Part shown: positions 34,690 to 44,908 of the stretch, in pieces
How positions within the stretch are numbered: position 1 is the first letter of the stretch
Layout of the letters: each line of letters opens with the position of its first letter
Origin: an uncultured virus (IMG/VR IMGVR_UViG_3300033066_001794)
Taxonomy: Duplodnaviria; Heunggongvirae; Uroviricota; Caudoviricetes
Direction: 5' to 3' (one strand)
IMG/VR virus record: IMGVR_UViG_3300033066_001794
Length of the DNA stretch: 57,530 nt
Program-made: the position numbers and the translations under genes
Notes under the pieces: generated by a model
Seen by the model: the letters and a program-made list of their open reading frames with translations, nothing else
Databases searched by the model: none
What the model was told of the DNA's origin: nothing

Positions 34690-34948
34690 TTTCCATTTTT
34701 TTAATTTTTTGCTTTTGAGTAAATAACCAAGCTTCAAAGTTTTTATTAGCCCTCACATCCATTTTTATTTTATCCTCAAATTGTTTTAAGGTAGTTCCAT
34801 TTTTTTCATGGTAAACTTCCTGACCATTTTTAGTATCTATAATAAATACTGATTCTTGTGCCAATATATTTCTTAATTCGTCAGCGGAAGCATAATTACC
34901 TGATTCTCTAAGTTGACATCTGTTGTGTATGATTGAATCTATGTTCAT
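34679..34948 (-). CDS. Stand-alone domain resembling the CysRS C-terminal anticodon-binding region
   Basis: IDSIIHNRCQLRESGNYASADELRNILAQESVFIIDTKNG matches the R..AR..KD(F/W)..AD.IR..L...G....D...G pattern. Confidence 0.65.
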   Translation of the reverse strand: MNIDSIIHNRCQLRESGNYASADELRNILAQESVFIIDTKNGQEVYHEKNGTTLKQFEDKIKMDVRANKNFEAWLFTQKQKIKKMENGK

Positions 34949-37900
34949 TATTTGTGTTTTTTATTCATGTATTTATTTTCAGCAGGACACATCATTCTTA
35001 ATTCTATAAATTGATAAACTGCCTCTGCGCAATCAACGCAAATATGGTCTATTGTTTTTTCTCTTAAAGCCTTATAATCAAGGCTTGTTCTTTGCCTGCG
35101 TATTCCAAATTCATCAGTATAACTTGTGTCAATAGGAATTGGGCTTCCATCTGCATAAGACATACATCCTACTTTTAAAGTAATAGTTGAAAATTTCTCA
35201 TCGTTTATATCAATCTTTTCGATTGGATTTTTACACATGTCACAATAATAAGATGTAATTACTGTTGATTTCATTTTTACTTTTTTAGGTTGTTAATTAT
35301 CACTTCAAATGGGTCAGTATCTAATGTTTGTTCACCTGCTACAAAAACAGCAATAGCATCTTTAATTTGTTCTATTGTGTAGGACTTTTGATGTGTATCA
35401 TAAAAATCTATTAAATGATAAATACACTTTGCATCTCCGCTACTGCTGAACATTAAATTTCGTCGCAAGTGTTCTACCATTTGGTCAAGTGAAAGTTTAT
35501 TCCAATCTAGCATAATAATAGGTGGCACTTCATTTGTTATATCTTCTTTCTCAGGTATTAAAAAGGCTTTATTTGTATAAGTAAAATGACCTTCAGTTCC
35601 GCATGGTGAATTACATTCAACGCATTGATAATATTTATTGCAATCTCCGCATCGTGTTTCTACCTCTTTGACCTCAATCCTGTCAGCTAGGAAGGATATA
35701 TCGTATGGATTATTATGATGTATGTTATATAAACTCTTATTTTTGCATACAAGATTGGTTATTTCCCATCTACTTGAATCATCAACATCAATAGTAACTT
35801 TTGATTGCTGCCATAGTTTTAGCTCGTTTAGGTAATTAATAGGAGAAGTACTTGAGTCATCAGGTTTTTCAATAGTATACCCTTCAATTATAGTATTATC
35901 ATTTATAATTGAATAGGTGAGTGGTGGAAACAATTTGTTTATCATGTTTATTTGTTTTGATGAACTAGATGTTCTTGATTTACTTTGCAAGAAATAATAT
36001 CTTTTGGAATAGCTCTTTGGTCTCTGTTGCAAATTAAAAAACCTTTATCAGTCCTCCAAACTCTAATGTATTTTAAATTCCAATGAATAACTCTTGCATC
36101 GCTAGATATTAATTCTAACATTCTCCATTTACCTACTCCACCGCTCTCGTTAAAAAGCCTGTCAATTTCGAAAACTAACTCTTCTTTAGTGAAAAATAAT
36201 TTTACTAATTTTTCTATTTTGTGATAGTCAGGGTGAGATTCGTTAGTCCAATTATAACCGCAATGAAAATCTCTTGTATCAATATGAAATCTGTTATTCT
36301 TAGGGCAATCCCAATCTATTTCCTTAAAGAATACCCATTCGTCTTTTTCTTCCATCGTAATTTTTAATTTAATTTATGATTTATTTTATTACTCAGAGTT
36401 ATTTGCACATCTAATGTCGTATACTTTATACTTCTCTCTAATCCAACAATTCTTTTTACCCGTTTTATCTCTCGCCCACCTATCTGCCCAACTATGAGCA
36501 GCACCTTCAACGCCAAAATCGATTGGGGTTAATTTTATCCATATACCTGAGCATAATAAACGATAGACATTCCAATTTCTGTTTTCATTCTGTTCTATTT
36601 TTATAGTGAAAAAATATTCATATTTACTCATAATACTATGTTTTATTTGCCAATTACTGTATCATTCACTCTCAATTCGTATAAAACTGCACCATTACTT
36701 TCCGCTTCCCAATACTCCATTAAAGCCTCTCTTGCAAGTTCTTTATTACTAGCTTTTACTAGCTGCATCATTTCACTATCAATATTTTGACAAGTTCCAT
36801 TATCAAAATCAAATGTTACTTTAAATCTAAAAATTCCTAAATAATATTCCATAGTGTTAAATGTTATTTATTAGCAATAATACTTCCTATACTATTAAAA
36901 TGGTTAAGAATAATATTTCCTTTACCTTCTTGTTTCAACTCGTTATTTTCATACATATCTTTTAATTCAGAAATATGTCTTAAAATTTCGTGTTGTTCTT
37001 TTTTTGTAAGTACAATAGATTCTTTCAGTCTAATTGACTGATGGTTATTAAAAGCATCTATATTGTAAGTTGTTCGAGACATATTATTAATTTTATTTTT
37101 TAGTTAACACAAAACATATTAAACTCTACTTATAGCAAGGCAATAAGGATGGTCATATTGACTTCTTATATGTGGGTATTCTTTTCTCCATTGCGTTTGT
37201 GCATTTTTACTTGAAAATGCTTGCACTGTTCCACTCCAAAAAACTTCTTTTGTTTCTGAATGAATCACTTTAACTAAATAATTCGCTTTTTTTCTTGACC
37301 TTAGAGGTTCACCCCAATCTTCTTGTGCAAAAATACCTTTGTAATCGCTCATTTTTTACTTGTTTTTGTTAAAACACACCTATGTTTTGTTTAAATTTTA
37401 ATAAACTTGTTTGAGCATCATTAGCCATATCACCAATATAGTCATAATGCATATTAATTATATGTTCTAAATCAATAATATTTTCAGCATCATCAATCAA
37501 ATATTTTTTATTTAATTCACCGCCAAAAATATCCCTGTATTCTTTCATTTTTTGCTTGGCAGTTTCAAATTCTTCTTTATTCATCTTTTTAGCTTAGTTA
37601 TTATGAATTTTTGAATGGATTGTCTTCATCATTATCAAAAGCACCAAATAAGCCTAATGTGAATATCAGTACTATTATAAACATTACTCCATATTCTACT
37701 ATTTCTTGTGCCTCCATTTATTTGAATATTTTGTTAGTTATTTTAATAACCAAATGTATACATACGAAAATACATCCCAACCAAGAAAGCCACATAAGAT
37801 AAACAAGTGCTGTTAATTCATTTTCGTTCACAGTATTTCGGTTTTAAATGATAAGTTTCCATTTTCATAAGCGCACTCGTACAAATGCTCAACTGACTCC

Positions 37901-38091
37901 ATAATTCCTATTCCTGTACACCAATCTTGGATTTCTTTTTTCATGTTATTTACACACCATTCTTGCAGGGCAATATGGGAATCATCTTCGTTATTCATCC
38001 ATGATTTTAAAAGATTATCAGGCACACTTCCGTATGTGAATAAAGAAAATGAATCTCTATAAATCTGTTCTTTTGTTTTACTGCTTCTCAT
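34948..38091 (-). CDS. Run of hypothetical genes (34948-35274, 35277-35945, 35948-36355, 36389-36631, 36643-36852, 36864-37082, 37119-37352, 37369-37584, 37828-38091)
   Basis: Tiled ORFs; several CxxC pairs. Confidence 0.65.
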
Positions 38092-38116
38092 TTTGTATTT
38101 GACCGTTTTTTAATTT

Positions 38117-38226
38117 AAAAAAAAATACCCACAACGCCTTGAACTGCGCCTCCCGAATCAGAAGTTAACCAAGCCTACTACGTAACTCAACTTGGATGCC
38201 TACTTTGCAGGTGCGTTGCGGGATAT
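38117..38226 (-). ncRNA. Candidate structured RNA followed by U9 tract
   Basis: 51 of 95 nt are G+C in an AT-rich context; closing stem CCCGCAACGC/GCGUUGUGGG; internal hairpins; G-U pairs favour the minus strand. Confidence 0.6.
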
Positions 38227-38250
38227 TAAACCACGCCATGATTTTTACCT

Positions 38251-38583
38251 TTACTTGAAAAAGTTTAGTTTTTCTGTACCTAAAATCTTTCCTCCGTTTA
38301 ATCCTTTTTTATATTTATCCAATGCATTTTGCTTGTTAAGAGCTGATACATAAGCACACCCTTGTTTTACTGCTATTTCCTTTTTATTCTCCCCAAACAT
38401 GTAATAGTTAGTAGTTAAAAACTTAGCCTTAGTTATCTCAAGAGTTTCTTTGTTTATTTCCCAAATGGTATGACCTTCGTGTGGTACAATGTTTCCAATA
38501 AGGGTATATTCCTTCTCTTGTTTCTTTTTAACGCTAATTTCAATGTTATCTTTATCGTTCGATTTTAAATCTAATTCTTTCAT
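38251..38583 (-). CDS. Hypothetical phage protein
   Basis: PHEGHTIWEIN...YVSALNKQNA; first gene after promoter at 38602. Confidence 0.7.
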   Translation of the reverse strand: MKELDLKSNDKDNIEISVKKKQEKEYTLIGNIVPHEGHTIWEINKETLEITKAKFLTTNYYMFGENKKEIAVKQGCAYVSALNKQNALDKYKKGLNGGKILGTEKLNFFK

Positions 38584-38601
38584 TTAAAAAATGTATAATC
38601 A

Positions 38602-38644
38602 CAAAAATAACATAAATTTCAATAATAACACTAATTGTTGAAAA
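38602..38644 (-). promoter_or_regulatory. Minus-strand promoter module
   Basis: TTTTCAACA (38644-38636), N26, TATTTTTG (38609-38602). Confidence 0.7.
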
Positions 38645-39560
38645 CTATTTTTTATACCATTTTTTAAAGTATTCTGTATCTTCTTTGAAGTCACCAAAAT
38701 ACAAATCTTTTAACTCGTTATATTCTTCTTTAGTCAACTCAAATTCGTATGGAGTCTTTCCTTTATTTTCAGGAAATCCATTTTTAAGCAGTGGATAAAC
38801 CATAATAATTGGAATAGGATAACCTTCTCTTATTCTTACTAGTCCAAAGTGCTTATTGAAAATTTCCCATATGTTTCGCTGAAATTGGGTTTTAACCGCA
38901 ATGCTTCTATTTAAGATATTACGAACAGGATAAACGCATCCGTTTTTAAAAGCTATAATGGCTGATTCTTTTGTTACAATTTCCATTGTTTACATTCTGT
39001 TTTTTTTGTTTTCATTTGTTTGAAATTTAATAAGATTGGAATATACCATAAATAGCCCTGTAAATTAGAACCAATGGTGCAAATATGACAATAAATACTC
39101 CTGCCGTTACTTCATCAAAATCAGATTTTTTTGAAAAAAGATTACCATGTGTTCTAACGGCTGCATATATTCCATATACAATCCAAATAATTGCTATTAA
39201 AATAATTTCTAGTGTTGTCATGTTTTTATTGTTATTGTTTAATTTTTAATCCGCAATTATTGCACATTCCATTTGTGTCGTAGTTATCCATCAAGTATGT
39301 TTGGGAGTGAATGCAATTACATTTATTTACTGATATTTCAAATTTTTCTTTCAATTCGATTAAAACGTCTACATAAATTTTACCGATATTTGAATCTATT
39401 ATTTTGATTACATCATCCAAAGAGCCATTAATAACAAAGTGTTTTTTGAACCACTCATTGAAGTTAGCCCTTTTATCACGCCTGTACGAAATTATTCTAC
39501 TCCAAGCAAATACTTTTTCATGGTCTGTTCCGTGTTCTCTGTACATGTTTATTGTCTTAT

Positions 39561-40772
39561 TTACGAAAAATTTTCTGAATTTGAATTAATATCTGTTTTA
39601 TTGTCCCAATCGGAATTACTTCCTCCACCTCCTGAAGAACCTCCGCTCCCACCATTAAAATCATGTGTTTTATTATCACTATCATTCAACATATCTCCAA
39701 TCATCCCTCCTGCTAAATTTCCACCTAATAATCCTCCTAAAGCACCATTATCCGTCATGTATCCGAGAACTACAGAATTTAAAAAACTATTATCTTCGGA
39801 AACTTCTCGTTGTTTGAAATAATTCTTCATGTACTCATCATCTCTATTGTCAGTTATGTATAGCCCATTTTTATCTTTTTTTACAATGTTTTTAGTTTTA
39901 ATAGTAAAATCTTGTATTCTTTTTAAGTATTGTCTTTTATCAATATCTCCATGCCAAATATGATACAAGTCGCCTTTTACATAACCTATTTTACCTCTAA
40001 CAACGGAATGAAATTGTTTACTCCATTCATTTACTTCTTCAATATTGTCTGTAAATGATTTAGTTATGCAGCAATGTGGTATTTGACCTGCTGCTGCATG
40101 CGCAATTATATGGTCAGCTCCACCTATTAGTGCCTTGTCATATAGTTGGACTTGTTCTAAAACTTCTCTTCTTGCTCCCCATGCAAATCCTACATGCCCA
40201 TGTACATCATAATTATCTGAATTTGCAAATGAAGGATACTTTTCATAATTAGAACAGAAGCTTCGCCACATTTGTTTATGTCTAACATGTATTCCCGAAC
40301 AATTGTGTCTAACTGATTCGACATCAAAATTAGGTATCATTTCATCTTTGTTCAAGTGAACGCAATATTCAAAAGGTTGAATGATGTGGCTGTAATTTTT
40401 TAGCTCTTTAACACCATCCACTAGCCAATTAAGGTTTGTAAAAATAACATCAGCATCTATCCAAAAAATGTATTTGTATTTTTTAGGTAATTCTGAAATA
40501 ACTTTGTTTAGTAGCGATTCTTTATGCCAAAGTAAATTTTCTGTGTATACTCTTTTTATGTTATCATTTTCTTCCAATTCAGGTTCAGAGTCTCCAATAA
40601 TACATTCTATAATTGAATGATTTAAATGCTTTATACTCTCGTAAAATATTTTAAATGCCTTAGTTCTATAAGGAGATTTTTGAGGATTAAAGAAGCAAGA
40701 AACTATCATAGCTTCAGAATGTGTATGGTATTTATTTGCAAATACCGTTTTATTTTTTATAAAGTCTAACAT
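39561..40772 (-). CDS. GT-A fold glycosyltransferase-like protein with Gly-rich C-terminal tail
   Basis: LWHKESLLN, WIDADV (DxD), GFAWGARREVL, GGADH, HIWHG; tail GGLLGGNLAGG...GGSSGGGG. Confidence 0.75.
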   Translation of the reverse strand: MLDFIKNKTVFANKYHTHSEAMIVSCFFNPQKSPYRTKAFKIFYESIKHLNHSIIECIIGDSEPELEENDNIKRVYTENLLWHKESLLNKVISELPKKYKYIFWIDADVIFTNLNWLVDGVKELKNYSHIIQPFEYCVHLNKDEMIPNFDVESVRHNCSGIHVRHKQMWRSFCSNYEKYPSFANSDNYDVHGHVGFAWGARREVLEQVQLYDKALIGGADHIIAHAAAGQIPHCCITKSFTDNIEEVNEWSKQFHSVVRGKIGYVKGDLYHIWHGDIDKRQYLKRIQDFTIKTKNIVKKDKNGLYITDNRDDEYMKNYFKQREVSEDNSFLNSVVLGYMTDNGALGGLLGGNLAGGMIGDMLNDSDNKTHDFNGGSGGSSGGGGSNSDWDNKTDINSNSENFS

Positions 40773-42086
40773 GTTTTATTATTTATTTGTTATTGATAGA
40801 TAGCGTAGAGGAACTTCACGAAAATCAGTTCCTATTTTTTGGTCAAACTTGCCTAGAATATCTTTTTCTACTAATGCTCTTGGTTCATCATAAACCTCAT
40901 TCGTTTTTCCGCATTCAAAGATAGGATAATAAGCGATTTTCCATTTATCAGGTTTACCATCCATTTGGTAGTTATTTCCAATCTCATGGCTTTTCCATAT
41001 CTCATTGGATAGTGCCTGTTGTAGTTTTTCTTGCATGTTTATTTTGTTTAAAATTTATTGACATAATGCTTCAATCATTGAATATGCTCTATTGAAATCC
41101 TCAAATATAGGTTCAATATCATTTCCGCAACTTTCTCCATTTAGAAAAAATTCTGTTTCAACTTTGTGTTTGTCTCCAATGCTTTTTATAGCTAAAACAA
41201 AATCAGGGCTATTACTATAAACTTTCTCATCTGTTGGAGAGCAGATTATTCTATTTGCCTCTTTTACTTCCTGAGTAGGATGTCTTTGTGTATGAAGTAC
41301 ATGACGTGCTATTGTTTCGCCACAGTAAATTCTTACTTTTTTTGATTTAGTATTTTCCATTTTATTTTAATCTATTTGTATTTCGTTTCAATACATCTAC
41401 TATTCATGTATATCCAATAAAGACATTCAAACTTACCTTCATCACCTTGTTTCGTCGCTTTAAAAACTTTTTGTCCATTTGTTCTTACAAAATAATATTG
41501 TTCATCGCTCAAATCTAAAACTCTAATTGAAGAATCTGCTTCTATCAAATTAACTTTCCATCCTTCTTTGACTACACCATCAGCCTCTATATCATATCTT
41601 ATTTGGTTTTCCATTGCAGACTTTATTAATTCTGCCGTATCTTCTCCATGACCTTTGTAGCCATCAGTATCATCGAATGATATTTCTAAAATTATATTTT
41701 TCATTTATTTAATTGTTTTTTAAAGTAAGTAACTCCATATTTTTTAAGCATCTTCTTTTTCTTTCTTGGCATCTTTCCTAAAGAACTGATTGGATAATCT
41801 ATAGTTAAATAAAAATTCAATTTACGTGCAGGCGAGCCATCATATACGCAATTAGGAACAAATGAATCATCAGTTATAATAAATCTTTCTTTTTTGAAAA
41901 GTAATCTTCCACTTGGATAATTAGAATAATCAAATTCAGCTAATTCATAACCTTTTTCTGAAGAGCCAATAACTTCATATTCCTCTCCTTTTATTGGCAT
42001 TGGGTCGCCCACTTTCATAACAAGGTGAGCAACGCTGTTTTCAGGTACGTTACTCCAATCATCATCTATAAGTGTAACTTTCATTT

Positions 42087-42494
42087 TTAAATTAATTTAA
42101 GTGCTTCTTCGATTGCTGTCTCCAAACATTTATAATAAGATTTATGTGTTCTTAATGCTTCTTCCATATCATAATTTGTGTGTTCCCAACCATCTTCTAT
42201 TTTCATGTTTCCTATCCCCCAAAAATATCCACCTTCAGGTAGATGTATTAATATACATTGAATGTATATGAATTTACTTTTTTTATCTCTAAACCAATCA
42301 ACTACTTGTTGATATAAAGGAGCTAAAGTTATAATATGCTCAGTATCTTCATAAACTTCGGGTTGGTCGACCGAAACGTAGAATTGATTAACCAATCCTT
42401 CAATATTAGGTTGATAATAAGATAAACAAGGTTCTGTAAATCCTTTTTCTTTGAGTTTAATAGCCAACTCATAAGGCACAAATAAATGGTTCAT
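42087..42494 (-). CDS. Hypothetical phage protein, FVPYELA-KLKEKGF family copy 1
   Basis: FVPYELAIKLKEKGF...PLYQQVVDWFR...AIEEALKLI. Confidence 0.7.
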   Translation of the reverse strand: MNHLFVPYELAIKLKEKGFTEPCLSYYQPNIEGLVNQFYVSVDQPEVYEDTEHIITLAPLYQQVVDWFRDKKSKFIYIQCILIHLPEGGYFWGIGNMKIEDGWEHTNYDMEEALRTHKSYYKCLETAIEEALKLI

Positions 42495-42898
42495 ATTAAA
42501 TTTAATTTTAAAGTTGTAGATATTATAGCTTCAAAAAAGAAATAATATCCTGAATCAGAATGACATATATTTCCCCATACTAATGAATTATTTTTATATA
42601 TTTCTAAATAAAATTCATTTGGACTGTTTGAATCATCTTTACATGGATGTATTCCAAATTTTATATTATGTTTATCCATTAACCATTGACACGCTTGTTG
42701 ATACGAAGGAGTTGGAATGCAAGGTACATTGTTATGCTTTTTAATTTCCTGATTAAATTCTAACTCCTCTTCATCATCAAATCTTAAAGGAATTAAAAAA
42801 TCCTTTTCAGTAATTAAAGCAATGCAAATTTCATTAAATCCTTTTTCTCTAAGTTTAACTGCCAAATCATATGGCACAAATTGTTCTTTTAGGCGCAT
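42491..42898 (-). CDS. Same family, copy 2
   Basis: FVPYDLAVKLREKGF...PSYQQACQWL; start at MRLKEQ. Confidence 0.7.
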   Translation of the reverse strand: MRLKEQFVPYDLAVKLREKGFNEICIALITEKDFLIPLRFDDEEELEFNQEIKKHNNVPCIPTPSYQQACQWLMDKHNIKFGIHPCKDDSNSPNEFYLEIYKNNSLVWGNICHSDSGYYFFFEAIISTTLKLNLI

Positions 42899-43134
42899 GT
42901 TATTTAATATTAGATAAAGGGTATGCATTTTCAAGATAAGCTATTCCTGCTTCAGTTATCAGTCCTTCTCGAAGGATAACTTGGTAGTATTCATTCTTTG
43001 CTGCATTAACATGAATTTTAGTAAACTCAATGAGTGCTTTTTTAACATCATCTCCTGTATATTGAGCTTTTCCTCCGTGCCAATAGTCAATCATGTTGTT
43101 TATGATGTATTCCTTTGCTGTTGGTATGTTTGTA

Positions 43135-43878
43135 TTATCCATTTTTTCCGTTTTTACTTTGTTCATATTGTTTTAAATATAATCCTTTCTTCAAGGCAAG
43201 TGAGTCGTCATCATACTGACCTGTATTCCTAATATACCATTCAGCAAAATTATTCATGTCTTCTTTAGTATATAGTGTTTCTTCTGATTTTTCTATTACT
43301 ATAGTATTATCTTCTTTTATTTTGTAATTTAAAAACTTTGACCCACTTGTTTCGTGAGTAGTATATACTTCAACTAAACATTTTGAAATAGGTTTTACGC
43401 TATTAAAAGCATCTAATAATTGTTGGATAAATTCATTTGGTATCTTAGGTAATGTTTTTTGTATAAACTCTTTTTCATCTTTGTGAATACAATTTTCTGT
43501 ATATTCAAAAGAACCAATAGTTAAAGAAATATCTGTTGATGCAATTACCTTCTTTCTACCTAATAACGACGAATCATCATTCCATTTCCACACTTTGTAT
43601 CCATCAGATATATAATCCCCTACTTTTATTTCTTCTGATGATAGGATATAAATAAAAATTGGCTTAAGTGCTGTATCTTTGTAATTTCTAAATGTTATTC
43701 CTGTATAATCAAATCTAAAAACATTTGGAGTATAAACATTGTTCTTTGTAACAATACCCATTTCATTTTCGCAATGTTCATTTATAACAATATCTCCTAC
43801 TTCTTCTGTTTTATCAGTTTCAATCATAACCACATCACATTCTGCGTAATATTGGTTGTCTTTTTGTATTAAATTCAT
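43135..43878 (-). CDS. Hypothetical phage protein
   Basis: YILSSEEIKVGDY...KKVIASTD...LPKIPNEF. Confidence 0.65.
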   Translation of the reverse strand: MNLIQKDNQYYAECDVVMIETDKTEEVGDIVINEHCENEMGIVTKNNVYTPNVFRFDYTGITFRNYKDTALKPIFIYILSSEEIKVGDYISDGYKVWKWNDDSSLLGRKKVIASTDISLTIGSFEYTENCIHKDEKEFIQKTLPKIPNEFIQQLLDAFNSVKPISKCLVEVYTTHETSGSKFLNYKIKEDNTIVIEKSEETLYTKEDMNNFAEWYIRNTGQYDDDSLALKKGLYLKQYEQSKNGKNG

Positions 43879-43879
43879 G

Positions 43880-44803
43880 TTATTTATTTTTATTAATCTC
43901 TTCTAATGAGGTTAAATACTTTTTGCCTTTGAATTTTTTTATGTAATTCTTTACCACATTGTTGATTTGTGAAAGGTAAGCTTTATCCATTTGTATTTTA
44001 TACAAGGTGTATTCACCGTAACTTTCATCATCACTTATGTAGTACTTTCTTTCATCAAAACGTATAATATCATTTATGTCAGATACTAATTGTGAACTTG
44101 AAAATGGGATTTTTTCTGAATATTGCAAATAATTTTTAAACTCAGTAGTCAAGAAGCAGTTTTTAGGGAACATGTAATTTTGGAGCATTAAGCAAATATC
44201 TGCAACATTAACATCAATTGATAATCCACCTCTATAAGAAGCATTATAACTTAAACTTATGCCTGATGTGTATTGCTCGTAAGGTCTTATGCACATGTCA
44301 TTTATTTCAATTTCATATTTCTCGTCTATAATTATATAAGAATCTACATAAAAAACATTACAAGTAATATCCTGTGAATTTGGGTTAGTGTACCAATTAT
44401 TGTGGGGCTTTGCTATTTTAGCGAAACAAATACCATCCTTAACATCTAAACGTTTTGCATTCCAATTATCTTTGTTTGGTGTTGGGCATGGTAGATAAAA
44501 TTCGCCATTATAGTTTATTAATCCATCTTTAACCTCACAAAGTACTGTTTCAAATTTTACTGAACCTGAAATATAGAAACTCCAATAAATGAATGAGTTA
44601 TAGTATTCAATCACACTTTCTTTGTTAGTCCAATCAATATTTTTATTTGGACTATATTTAGCCATATAGGAAAAACCATCTTTTTGAAGTTTAGACTTGG
44701 TAAATCTTTTATCCCCACAAACAACTAAAGTATTTGTAGTTTTTGTAACGATTAATCCATTTACTGAATCGTACTCTTTTATTAATGATGCATTTGTTTC
44801 CAT
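43880..44803 (-). CDS. Hypothetical protein (307 aa), first gene of operon
   Basis: Long ORF directly after promoter module. Confidence 0.7.
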   Translation of the reverse strand: METNASLIKEYDSVNGLIVTKTTNTLVVCGDKRFTKSKLQKDGFSYMAKYSPNKNIDWTNKESVIEYYNSFIYWSFYISGSVKFETVLCEVKDGLINYNGEFYLPCPTPNKDNWNAKRLDVKDGICFAKIAKPHNNWYTNPNSQDITCNVFYVDSYIIIDEKYEIEINDMCIRPYEQYTSGISLSYNASYRGGLSIDVNVADICLMLQNYMFPKNCFLTTEFKNYLQYSEKIPFSSSQLVSDINDIIRFDERKYYISDDESYGEYTLYKIQMDKAYLSQINNVVKNYIKKFKGKKYLTSLEEINKNK

Positions 44804-44822
44804 AACGAGCTTTTTTTAAAGT

Positions 44823-44884
44823 TATTTGACCATTTACATCACAAATATACGACTAATTTCATTATTGAAACTAATTGTTAATAA
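44823..44884 (-). promoter_or_regulatory. Minus-strand promoter module
   Basis: TTATTAACA (44884-44876), N26, TATATTTG (44849-44842), N10, GGTCAAATA (44831-44823). Confidence 0.75.
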
Positions 44885-44908
44885 CTTTTATTGTGAAAAC
44901 AACATAAG

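Noticed and set aside
38117..38226. tRNA, SRP RNA or hammerhead ribozyme
   Set aside because: No cloverleaf with T-loop and CCA, no SRP GGAA-loop motif, no CUGAnGA/GAAA core. Kept as an unassigned RNA candidate.
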